From Polyangiaceae bacterium (lineage in GTDB: Bacteria; Myxococcota_A; Polyangia; Polyangiales; Polyangiaceae): DNA of 14,551 nucleotides. Under the pieces are notes generated by a model. That model was not told the origin of the DNA. It saw nothing but the letters and a program-made list of their open reading frames with translations, and did no database searches. Made by a program: the position numbers and the translations under genes. The stretch is from the NCBI GenBank assembly GCA_044222475.1, contig JBGANF010000175.1, forward strand, positions 1-14,551, read 5' to 3'. This document shows positions 1 through 7,645 of this stretch, in pieces. Position 1 is the stretch's first letter. Every line of letters begins with the position of its first letter.

Positions 1-135
1 AGGCTTGAGCCATGTCCGACCAGGGGAGTAAAGGTCGTACATCCACGCAGATCGGCGGTGGACAACTCAGGATCTGCGTTTCCCTCAGGCGGCTCCCATG
101 GGTTGCCAAGCCCAGCCCAGCAACTTGTCCCCAGG

Positions 136-990
136 TCAGAGCTGAAAATAGAGCCGGGCATCGAGGCCGGTCGTCCACGCTTGGGTGACGGGAAGGTCGT
201 AGGCGCCGCCGTATAGAAAGAAGGGAAAGTCGAACCGCGCCGTGATGTCGGCGATGGGGTGATTCGTGTTCGAGCAGATCGTCCCACCGAAGAACACGCC
301 GAGAGGAACGTAGATTGTGTTCGCGACGTTCCCGCGCAACGAAGCAATACCGAGACCGGTACGGACCCCGAAGAAGATCGGATCGATCGGCTGAATCGCC
401 ACGCCGATGGGAAATCCGGCGACGGAGGTCGGATAGTCGAATCCCTCACCTGCGCTGGCCAGGGCGCCATCGACACGTCTAGATCTCGTCGTCGGGAAGA
501 GCATGGTGAACGCGACCCCGGTGTCGATGCGCACGACATGACCGATCCGAAAGAGAACGGGGACCGCCGCGGTCGCATGAAAGAAGAAGAACTTGCCGGC
601 GCCTCCGAGCTCGAGCTGCACACCCACGTCGACGTCCTCGGTGTGAACGAAGCGATAGATGCCTCCGACACGCAGCGTTCCGTAATAGGGAATCGGATCC
701 GTGCGCGTCGAGGTGACGACGGACATCGTGAGGGGGGTCGCGTAGACGGTCAGGTCGTCGATCACTCCGTACGACGCGCCGAGATTGAGACCGACGATGT
801 TGGTCCCACCGAGTAGACCGAGGCCCTCCTCGTGAAGCAGAGATCCCGACAGCTGCGGCGAGATCATGCGCGCCGGCAGCGTGAGCGGCCGGCTCGCGAA
901 GGGCACGGGGAGATCGTCGGCGACCGCTGCTCGCGTGACGAATCCGAGCGCGAAAACGATGACCGCGGTCGCCCCCTTCTTCATCGCCAC
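136..990 (-). CDS. Exported protein, probable outer-membrane beta-barrel (start GTG 990 or ATG 984)
   Basis: Signal-peptide-like N-terminus (MKKGATAVIVFALGFVTRAAVA-DD). Many alternating amphipathic strands with Gly/aromatic residues. C-terminus TTGLDARLYFQL resembles a beta-signal. Lies 8 bp downstream of the previous gene's stop. Confidence 0.6.
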   Translation of the reverse strand: MAMKKGATAVIVFALGFVTRAAVADDLPVPFASRPLTLPARMISPQLSGSLLHEEGLGLLGGTNIVGLNLGASYGVIDDLTVYATPLTMSVVTSTRTDPIPYYGTLRVGGIYRFVHTEDVDVGVQLELGGAGKFFFFHATAAVPVLFRIGHVVRIDTGVAFTMLFPTTRSRRVDGALASAGEGFDYPTSVAGFPIGVAIQPIDPIFFGVRTGLGIASLRGNVANTIYVPLGVFFGGTICSNTNHPIADITARFDFPFFLYGGAYDLPVTQAWTTGLDARLYFQL

Positions 991-998
991 AGCGTACG

Positions 999-2363
999 TC
1001 AGGGCGACTTCTTTGCCGAGCCGGTCTTCTTCTTGGCCTTCTTCGGTGGCGGCGGCGCTTCCGGCTCTTCCTGCGGCTTCGAGCGGAACGGCCCCGCCTT
1101 CGCGGTGCCGGCTTCGCGGGCGAACGTGCGTGCGAGATCATCGACGAGCTCACGCCGGACGCGCTCGTACGTCTTGGGGCCGACGTCTCCGATGCGCCGC
1201 GCACGCTCGAGCTCGTCGATCTCGTCGAGGATGCGATCGCGATCGCTCTTCTGCTCTTCCTTGGTTTGCGCCGTGCGCTTTCGCGTACCGAGGTAGATCC
1301 CGGTCGCGAGGGCGAGCACCGCGAGCAGCGTCGTCACCTCGGCGGCGGGGCCGCGCGTCGGGATCTCCAAGAGCGACACGTGCACGCGCGGGATCGGCGG
1401 CTCGTTCTCTCCGACGCGCTTCGCGGTCGCGAGGAGGCGCTGCCCGTCCTCGGTCGGTTGGGTTTGCGCCTGAGGAAACCCGTCGACCTTCAGCTGCATG
1501 CCTTGCGCGGCCGCGGCGCGAACGACCATCGAGCCCATGCGCGGAGGCGCGGTGAGGTCGAAGGACATCTCCTTCCCGCCGGTGTACGGAAGCTGCCAGC
1601 TGAAGACGACCTCGTGCTCGCCGGGCGCGAACGTCCCGCGGAGCTTCGCTCCGCCTTCGACCGAATCGACGCCTTGATCGGACATGGCCTGGCCGCTCTG
1701 GAGCGCGGTGAAGCCTTCGGGGAGCTTGATGATGGTGTTCTGCGGGACCCACGCGAAGCGCGTGGCGTTGAAGATCCGCACCGCTTGTTGGATGAGCAAG
1801 CGGTCGTCCTTCAGCTCGAGGTACATCGCGCCGGCCGACTCGAAGAACTGCTCGTGACTCATGTCCCCGGTGACCGGATAGACGTGGAGCACGACGCTCA
1901 TCCCGTTCCCGTCGGGGAGCTGGAACGGCATCGCCGCGAACGTCCCGCCGTTGGAGACGTTGGAGACGCGATAGGCGACGCCGCTCTGGTGGGCGAGACC
2001 GTCGAACCGGGCGTACCCGCGCGAGTCGGTTTTCCTCACGAGGTGCTCGCGGCTCTCGCCCTTGGCGACCGAGTTCTTGAGGATGCCGAGGGTGACCTCG
2101 ATGTCAGGGATGACCTGGTTGTCGCCGTTGCGCATCTGTACCAAAATGGTACCGGCGGGAAGCGACTTGTCCTCCTCGGTCTCGTCGGGTGGGGCGCGGA
2201 ACATGCCGGGCGGATCGGCCGGGGGCGTGCCCATGCCGGGGTGGCCCTGGGGGAGCCCGGGGTCGGCCCCGTCGTCGGTCGCAGGATGGCCGGGCGGGAG
2301 CTGCTGAGCCCACGCGGACGTCGCGAGCAAGAAGACGCCGAGGGAGAGCGCGAGACGCTTCAT
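999..2363 (-). CDS. Secreted, C-terminally membrane-anchored protein in the ccm operon (carboxypeptidase-regulatory/Ig-like beta domain, C-terminal CcmI-like helical motif)
   Basis: Likely start is ATG 2363 (MKRLALSLGVFLLATSAWA-QQ signal peptide), preceded by GAGGAG and overlapping the upstream stop as ATGA. Contains TDSRGYARFDGL (typical of carboxypeptidase-regulatory-like domains), a TM segment VTTLLAVLALATGIYLG, and LDEIDELERARRIGDVGPKTYERVRREL. Confidence 0.7.
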   Translation of the reverse strand: MKRLALSLGVFLLATSAWAQQLPPGHPATDDGADPGLPQGHPGMGTPPADPPGMFRAPPDETEEDKSLPAGTILVQMRNGDNQVIPDIEVTLGILKNSVAKGESREHLVRKTDSRGYARFDGLAHQSGVAYRVSNVSNGGTFAAMPFQLPDGNGMSVVLHVYPVTGDMSHEQFFESAGAMYLELKDDRLLIQQAVRIFNATRFAWVPQNTIIKLPEGFTALQSGQAMSDQGVDSVEGGAKLRGTFAPGEHEVVFSWQLPYTGGKEMSFDLTAPPRMGSMVVRAAAAQGMQLKVDGFPQAQTQPTEDGQRLLATAKRVGENEPPIPRVHVSLLEIPTRGPAAEVTTLLAVLALATGIYLGTRKRTAQTKEEQKSDRDRILDEIDELERARRIGDVGPKTYERVRRELVDDLARTFAREAGTAKAGPFRSKPQEEPEAPPPPKKAKKKTGSAKKSP

Positions 2364-3064
2364 GTCTCCTCTTCCTCTCCTTCGTCCCCGTCCCCGCCCC
2401 CGTCCCTTTCTTCCTCTCCGTCTCCGTCTTCGTCTTCGTCGCCCTCTTCTTCTTCTTCTTCTTCCCGCATCGACGCCCCGCACTTCTTGCAAAACGCCGC
2501 ATCGGGGTCGTTCTTGGTCTTGCACGCCGGGCACGGGATGCGCGCCGCCTTGGCCTTCGCCTTGGCGCGCCCTTCGAGGTGCGCGCGGACGAGCTCCTCG
2601 GCCTTCTCGCGATGGACCGAGACCTCTTCGTCCATCTCGCGGATCGCGACCTTGGCATCGGCGCGATACCGCGCGACGAGCCTCATGTAGTCGTCGTCGT
2701 CGATCTTGCCGACCGAGTGCTCGTGCTCGAGGTCCTTCAACGCGCGGAGAGCGATCCGCTTGCGCTCGCCGGCGCGCGTGCCCCGGTGGGTGCGCGAGAG
2801 CGCTGCGGCCTCGTCGAGGGCGTCGTCGATCGGTGCGTCGCCGAAGAGGGAGCGCAGGCTGGCCCACAGGAGCGCAATGGCGCCGAGAAGACCGCCGGCC
2901 GCGAGGACGAGGATCGCCGGGCCCAAGCTCGTCGCGGCGAACGTGATGAGCGCGCCGAGGTTCGTGACCACGAGCAGCCCAATGCGGAACATACGGAACA
3001 GCTGCCGGTCCCGATCGTCCGTCGCCCCCTCGCCGTCGTTGCCTGCGCGCGTCGTGTCAGTCAT
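2360..3064 (-). CDS. CcmI/CycH N-terminal-like membrane protein with zinc ribbon and acidic tail
   Basis: Two TM helices, then ALRALKDLEHEHSVGKIDDDDYMRLVARY (CcmI-like motif), a CPAC-x10-CKKC zinc ribbon and an E/D/G tail. Overlaps the ccmF-H stop by 8 bp. Confidence 0.7.
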   Translation of the reverse strand: MTDTTRAGNDGEGATDDRDRQLFRMFRIGLLVVTNLGALITFAATSLGPAILVLAAGGLLGAIALLWASLRSLFGDAPIDDALDEAAALSRTHRGTRAGERKRIALRALKDLEHEHSVGKIDDDDYMRLVARYRADAKVAIREMDEEVSVHREKAEELVRAHLEGRAKAKAKAARIPCPACKTKNDPDAAFCKKCGASMREEEEEEEGDEDEDGDGEEERDGGGDGDEGEEEET

Positions 3065-6032
3065 CGAGGTTCCGGAGCTCTTCGTCGAGGCGGTCGTCGT
3101 AGGCGTCGCGCGCCTCGGTATCGTCCACCTTCTTGGTCTTCTTCTTGGCGCCCTTCGGCGTCACGGGCTGAGCCTTCCATCGCCGCATCAAGACGACGAG
3201 CCCGGCTCCACCGGCTGCGATCACGCCGAGCGGCACGAGGTAGATGGCCTTGAGCCCGCCGCTGTTCGGCGGGATCGCGAGCGCCTCCGACCCGTACTCG
3301 TTCTTGTACTCGAGGATGATCTGGTCGGACGTCTCGCCCGCCTTGAGCTTCGCGCGGATCTCTTCGCGCGCGTCGTCGGCCGTGGGGCATGCGCAGGTCG
3401 ACAAGAGATCGCGCGCGCAGTCCCCGCACATGCAGCGGAGCGAGCTGAAGACGGCCTTCTCGTGCTCGTCTTCGATGTGGATCGTCCCGGCGTGGAGGCT
3501 GGACGATCCGCCGGTCCCTTGCGCCCACGCCGGAGCTGGGAGCATCGCGATCGCGACGCCGAGGGTGAAGCTCGCCGCGACGCCCGCCGCGCCGCGAGCG
3601 AACGCCCACCCGCGCGACTCCTGCGCCTCGAGCTGAGGCCACATGCAGACGATGCTCCCGAAGATCAGGATGATCGCGCCGAACCAGATCCAACTCACGA
3701 GCGGGTTCACGTGCGCTTGGATCGCGGCGATGCCGGTCTGCGGGTTGACGCTCCCGAGGACGAGGTACAGGTCGTCGCGGAGCGAGTGCATCATCGACAC
3801 CTCGGTCGTCGGCGACTCGGGCATCTTCTTGTAGATGAACTTCGCCGGCGACACGACGCCGAGCGTCTTGCCACCGCGCGAGACCTGGATGTCGGCGAAG
3901 ATCATCCGCTTCGTCGTGTCGACCTCGCTGCGCTTGCCGAGGTACTTCAGCGTGTACTCGTCGACGACGACGGTGTCGTTCGGGGCGAGCGTCGCTTCCT
4001 TGTCGATCGTCCACGACTTGCCGATGAAGCCGAAGAACATGAACACGATGCCGAAGTGGACGATGTACCCGCCGTAGCGACGGCGCGACGTGTGCGGCAG
4101 CGTGACGAGCGTGTAGAGGAAGTTCGGCGCGGCGAGCGCGACGAGCGAACCGGCCAGCGCAACGACCGCGAACGCGGTGCCGCTCTGGAACGACTTGCGC
4201 ATCAGGAACAACCCGACGAGCGTGATCGCGGCGAGCGCAAGGCCCATCGTCCAGAGGGCGTTCGCGCCTTTGGCTGCGCCGCTCTGCTTGCGCGAGCGGA
4301 AGAGGACCACGAACTCCTGGATGATGACCGCAGCGTTGAACGCGCAGAGCGCAATGCCGAGGACCGGCGTGATCGCGTTGAAGTAGCGCAGCACGCTGCC
4401 GAGCACGCCGCCGTAGATCGCGTCACCGAGGACGATCGCGGGGAAGCCGACCGAGCGTCCGAAGATGAAGTGGAGCGCGGCGACGACGACCATTGCGATC
4501 ACCGGGGCGCGGAACGCGTTGCGGAGCGCGGCATCGCTCGTCTTCTTCCAGCCGAAGAGAGTGCCGATGCCCATGAGCGCGAAGATGACGAGCCCGAGCG
4601 GCTGGACCCACGCGTTGTAGTAGGGCGGTCCGACGGTGACGTTCTCGCCGCCGAAGGCCTCGCTCAGCTTCGGAAACACCGTCGCCACGGCGACGAAGAG
4701 CATGAAGCTGAGCAGCGCCCAGTTGTTGAGCATGAACGTGAACTCGCGCGAGAGGACGCTCTCGAACTCGGGGCGATCGGCGACGAGCTCGAGCTCGGCC
4801 GTCATGCGGCGGTACACGAGCTCGACCCCGGCGTACGTGACGGCTCCCATGACGAAGATCGAGAGGAGGAGCTGCACGGCGAGCGGCATCGACGCGCGCG
4901 AGATGAGGGCGAGCACCGGCACCGAACCGCCGAGCATGAGCCACCCCGACGCGACCGCGGCGATGCGCAGCTTCCGCGTCGGCTCGTAGCCGCGGAGCTC
5001 GGGCCAGCGGTAGAGGATCGCGGTGAAGCTGAACGCGAAGAGCAGGCACAGGAAGTAGACGAAGTAGATGCCGATGCTCGACTGCGCGAACGAGTGGACG
5101 CTCGCGATCATCCCGGAGCGCGTGAGGAACGTGCCGAAGATCGTGAGGAAGAACGTCACGCAGATGAGGACGATGTTCCACATCTTGAGCATGCCGCGAC
5201 GCTCTTGGATCATCACCGAGTGAACGAACGCGCTCGCGGTGAGGAACGGCAGGAACGCGGCGTTCTCGACCGGATCCCACGCCCAGTAGCCGCCCCAGCC
5301 GAGCTCTTCGTAGGCCCAGAGCATGCCGAGCGTGTTGCCGATGCCGAGGAAGAGCCACGCGAAGAGCGTCCATTTGCGGGTCGCGACGAGCCACTCCGTG
5401 TCGAGGCGGCCGGTGACGAGCGCGGCGACCGCGAACGCGAACGGGACGGAGCACCCGACGAAGCCGGTGTAGAGGCTCGGCGGGTGGATGATCATGTAGA
5501 AATTCTGGAGGAGTGGGTTGAGCCCCTCACCGTCGGCGCGGGCGCCGGCAATGCTCGTCGCGAAGGGGTTCGCGGCGAACGTCATCAGGATCGTGAAGAA
5601 CACGACGACGGCCATGAGCGTCGCGATCACGTACGGCTGGAGCTCGATGTACTTGTTGCCGAGCCAGTACACGCACGCGCCGATGTAGATGCTCAGGAGG
5701 AACAGCCACCAGAGGAGCGACCCGTCCTGTCCGCCCCACAGCGCGGTGAGCAGATACGCGGGCGACATGGATCGGTCGGAGTAGTGCGCCACGTACCGCA
5801 GCCGGAAGTCGTGGCTGACGAACGCGTACGCGAGGCAGAGCACGCCGACGACGATCAGGGCGACCGTGCCGTACGCACCGGTGCGAGAGGCCTGCAGCTG
5901 CCGGAGCTTCCCCGACGACCCCGCGGCGAGGGCGACCGCGAACGTGTAGCTCGCCGCCAGCATGACGCAGAGCAGGAGCGCGCCGCCGAACAGCGGAAAC
6001 GTGGGCGCAGAGCCAAAAAACGGGAACGACAT
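3057..6032 (-). CDS. ccmF: Cytochrome c biogenesis heme lyase CcmF/NrfE fused to a C-terminal CcmH domain (about 991 aa)
   Basis: WWD motif WAYEELGWGGYWAWDPVEN (5262-5318), plus LWGGQDGSLL, GLNPLLQN..IHPP, GTFLTRSG..SVHSF, RRRYGGYIVHFG and VNPLVSWIW. C-terminal LRCMCGDC...IILEYKNEYGSEALAIP followed by a TM helix matches CcmH. ATG 6032 is preceded by AGGGAG. Confidence 0.95.
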   Translation of the reverse strand: MSFPFFGSAPTFPLFGGALLLCVMLAASYTFAVALAAGSSGKLRQLQASRTGAYGTVALIVVGVLCLAYAFVSHDFRLRYVAHYSDRSMSPAYLLTALWGGQDGSLLWWLFLLSIYIGACVYWLGNKYIELQPYVIATLMAVVVFFTILMTFAANPFATSIAGARADGEGLNPLLQNFYMIIHPPSLYTGFVGCSVPFAFAVAALVTGRLDTEWLVATRKWTLFAWLFLGIGNTLGMLWAYEELGWGGYWAWDPVENAAFLPFLTASAFVHSVMIQERRGMLKMWNIVLICVTFFLTIFGTFLTRSGMIASVHSFAQSSIGIYFVYFLCLLFAFSFTAILYRWPELRGYEPTRKLRIAAVASGWLMLGGSVPVLALISRASMPLAVQLLLSIFVMGAVTYAGVELVYRRMTAELELVADRPEFESVLSREFTFMLNNWALLSFMLFVAVATVFPKLSEAFGGENVTVGPPYYNAWVQPLGLVIFALMGIGTLFGWKKTSDAALRNAFRAPVIAMVVVAALHFIFGRSVGFPAIVLGDAIYGGVLGSVLRYFNAITPVLGIALCAFNAAVIIQEFVVLFRSRKQSGAAKGANALWTMGLALAAITLVGLFLMRKSFQSGTAFAVVALAGSLVALAAPNFLYTLVTLPHTSRRRYGGYIVHFGIVFMFFGFIGKSWTIDKEATLAPNDTVVVDEYTLKYLGKRSEVDTTKRMIFADIQVSRGGKTLGVVSPAKFIYKKMPESPTTEVSMMHSLRDDLYLVLGSVNPQTGIAAIQAHVNPLVSWIWFGAIILIFGSIVCMWPQLEAQESRGWAFARGAAGVAASFTLGVAIAMLPAPAWAQGTGGSSSLHAGTIHIEDEHEKAVFSSLRCMCGDCARDLLSTCACPTADDAREEIRAKLKAGETSDQIILEYKNEYGSEALAIPPNSGGLKAIYLVPLGVIAAGGAGLVVLMRRWKAQPVTPKGAKKKTKKVDDTEARDAYDDRLDEELRNLDD

Positions 6033-6055
6033 ATGGGGGACTCCCTGACGCGTGC

Positions 6056-6084
6056 AGTCTAGTGTCATTCTCGGAGAGCGCGAA
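6056..6084 (-). promoter_or_regulatory. Candidate sigma70-type promoter for the ccmF operon (TTCGCG-N17-TAGACT)
   Basis: On the minus strand, TTCGCG (6084-6079) and TAGACT (6061-6056) are exactly 17 nt apart, 23 nt upstream of the ATG at 6032. Confidence 0.4.
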
Positions 6085-6170
6085 ACCTCGTTGCAGAAGG
6101 GCGTGGCGGGGCTGGGGGGGCGTCCCCGCGCCCGGGGGATGGGGACCACGATCGGGGTGCGTTTCGCGCT

Positions 6171-6734
6171 ATGGTCAAGGGCGTGATCGGCGCGAGCACA
6201 GCGAAGAGGGTCGCTCTGGCATTCCCGATCCTCGCGGCGATCGCGTGCGGTGCGTCGATGCGGCCACTCCCGGACGAAGTGTCGCCGCTCCCGCGGTCGG
6301 CGATCGCCTCGGTCACCGACGCCGGGCTGATCCACCGCGAAGACGGCGGCGCCCTCGCAGCGACGGGGCGTCACGAGCGCGTCGACAAGTGCGACGTGCG
6401 CGTGCGCTGGGCAGGGACCGGTCGCGCGGTGGTGCGCGGCGATCTCGCTGGAGCGCTCCGCGAGGTGCGCTCGGCGGGCATCTCGGAGGACGTCGATCAG
6501 ACCGGAGCGGTGCGCGGGCTCCGGATCGACGCGCTCGAGGATGGCTCGTGCCTCGCGGCGCTCGGGTTCCAGGAGCAGGACGTGCTGCTCGAGATCAACG
6601 GCTACTCCCTCGGCCCGGTGCTGACGCGCCGCCAGGCGTTCGAGTCCGTCGACGACGGTGACGAGGTGTTTGCCGTCATCATGTTCGTGCGCGCCGGGCG
6701 CAACACCGAGTGGCGCTTCGATCAGGGCCGATGA
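6171..6734 (+). CDS. Putative lipoprotein with a C-terminal PDZ domain resembling that of T2SS GspC (start may be GTG 6183)
   Basis: Lipobox-like FPILAAIA-C. GAVRGLRIDALEDGSCLAALGFQEQDVLLEINGYSL...MFVRAG matches a PDZ pattern. Stop overlaps the next start (ATGA). Confidence 0.6.
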   Translation: MVKGVIGASTAKRVALAFPILAAIACGASMRPLPDEVSPLPRSAIASVTDAGLIHREDGGALAATGRHERVDKCDVRVRWAGTGRAVVRGDLAGALREVRSAGISEDVDQTGAVRGLRIDALEDGSCLAALGFQEQDVLLEINGYSLGPVLTRRQAFESVDDGDEVFAVIMFVRAGRNTEWRFDQGR

Positions 6735-7645
6735 CGGAGGACGGTCGGTCGAGCTGGAAGACCCACGCCGCGCTGCTCGTCGTCCAGGTGGCGTTCGCGT
6801 CGCAGGCGGTCGAGGGAAAGATCGCGATGGCTCCGCACGAGGCAGGCGGAGAAGGGATCGCTCCGGCTGCGCTCGCGATGGTGCGCATGGGGGGCGCGGC
6901 GATCGTGTTCTTCGCGTTCACCCAGGCGTTTCGCCTTCGGACGAAGACCGCGTGGCGCGATCACCTCGTGCTCGCGGGGTTGAGCATCCTCGGGATCTCG
7001 CTCAACCAGACGTTGTTCTTGATCGGGCTGCGATCGACGACCCCGCTGTCGGCCGCTCTGCTCAGCGTCACGATCCCGGTGTTCACCGCGGTGCTGAGCG
7101 TCGTGTTTCGGGTGGAGAAGCCGAGCTTCAGACTTGCGGCCGGGTTCGCGTTGGCGTTGTGCGGCGTGCTCTGGCTCACCGGGATACGCAGCGTCGATCG
7201 GGGCGCGTTGATCGTCTCGATCAACTCGCTGTCGTACTCGGCGTACATCGTGCTGTCGCGCCGAACCATCGTGCGGCTGGGGGCGTGGACGGTCGTGACG
7301 TGGATCTTCGTGTGGGGCGCGGTGCTGTTCTCGCCGTACGGCGGTCCCATTTTGGTACACGAGATGCCGACGTGGTCGACGCGCGGGTGGATGTTCGTCG
7401 GGTACATCCTCTTGATGCCGACGCTGACGGCGTACCTCGCGAACGCGTGGGCGCTGGGGCGCTCGTCGCCGACGCTGGTCACGATCTACATCTACGTGCA
7501 GCCGCTCATTGCGGGCACGTTGGCGTGGGTGCAGCTCGGGACGCCACTGTCGGGTCGGGCGGTGATCGCGGGGTTGCTGATTCTGACGGGGGTGACGGTC
7601 GTGGCGTTTCGCGCGAAGCCCCAGCCGACGGCCTCTCGCCCGTAA
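6731..7645 (+). CDS. DMT/EamA family transporter
   Basis: About 10 TM helices in two EamA repeats (LFLIGLRSTTPLSAALLSVTIPVFTAVLS..EK; ALGRSSPTLVTIYIYVQPLIAGTLAWVQLG). ATG 6731 overlaps the upstream TGA. Confidence 0.9.
   Translation: MTEDGRSSWKTHAALLVVQVAFASQAVEGKIAMAPHEAGGEGIAPAALAMVRMGGAAIVFFAFTQAFRLRTKTAWRDHLVLAGLSILGISLNQTLFLIGLRSTTPLSAALLSVTIPVFTAVLSVVFRVEKPSFRLAAGFALALCGVLWLTGIRSVDRGALIVSINSLSYSAYIVLSRRTIVRLGAWTVVTWIFVWGAVLFSPYGGPILVHEMPTWSTRGWMFVGYILLMPTLTAYLANAWALGRSSPTLVTIYIYVQPLIAGTLAWVQLGTPLSGRAVIAGLLILTGVTVVAFRAKPQPTASRP

Noticed and set aside
1..13. Possible start (ATG at 13, minus strand) of a gene leaving the window
   Set aside because: Only four codons are visible and there is no clear RBS, so it cannot be supported.
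1266..2690. 474-aa plus-strand ORF and other Arg/Pro-rich overlapping ORFs throughout the window
   Set aside because: Shadow or alternative-frame ORFs over better-supported genes, with no RBS or domain evidence.
2364..2867. N-terminal extension of the 622-aa ORF
   Set aside because: Overlaps the zinc-ribbon gene out of frame. The signal peptide, RBS and ATGA coupling place the start at 2363.
2706..6062. 1118-aa plus-strand ORF
   Set aside because: Antisense shadow of ccmF-H. It is R/E/H/D-rich with no motifs, as expected from high-GC codon bias on the opposite strand.
6033..6374. N-terminal extension of CcmF in the ORF track
   Set aside because: Runs through the divergent promoter region and into the opposite-strand gene. 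ATG 6032 has an RBS.
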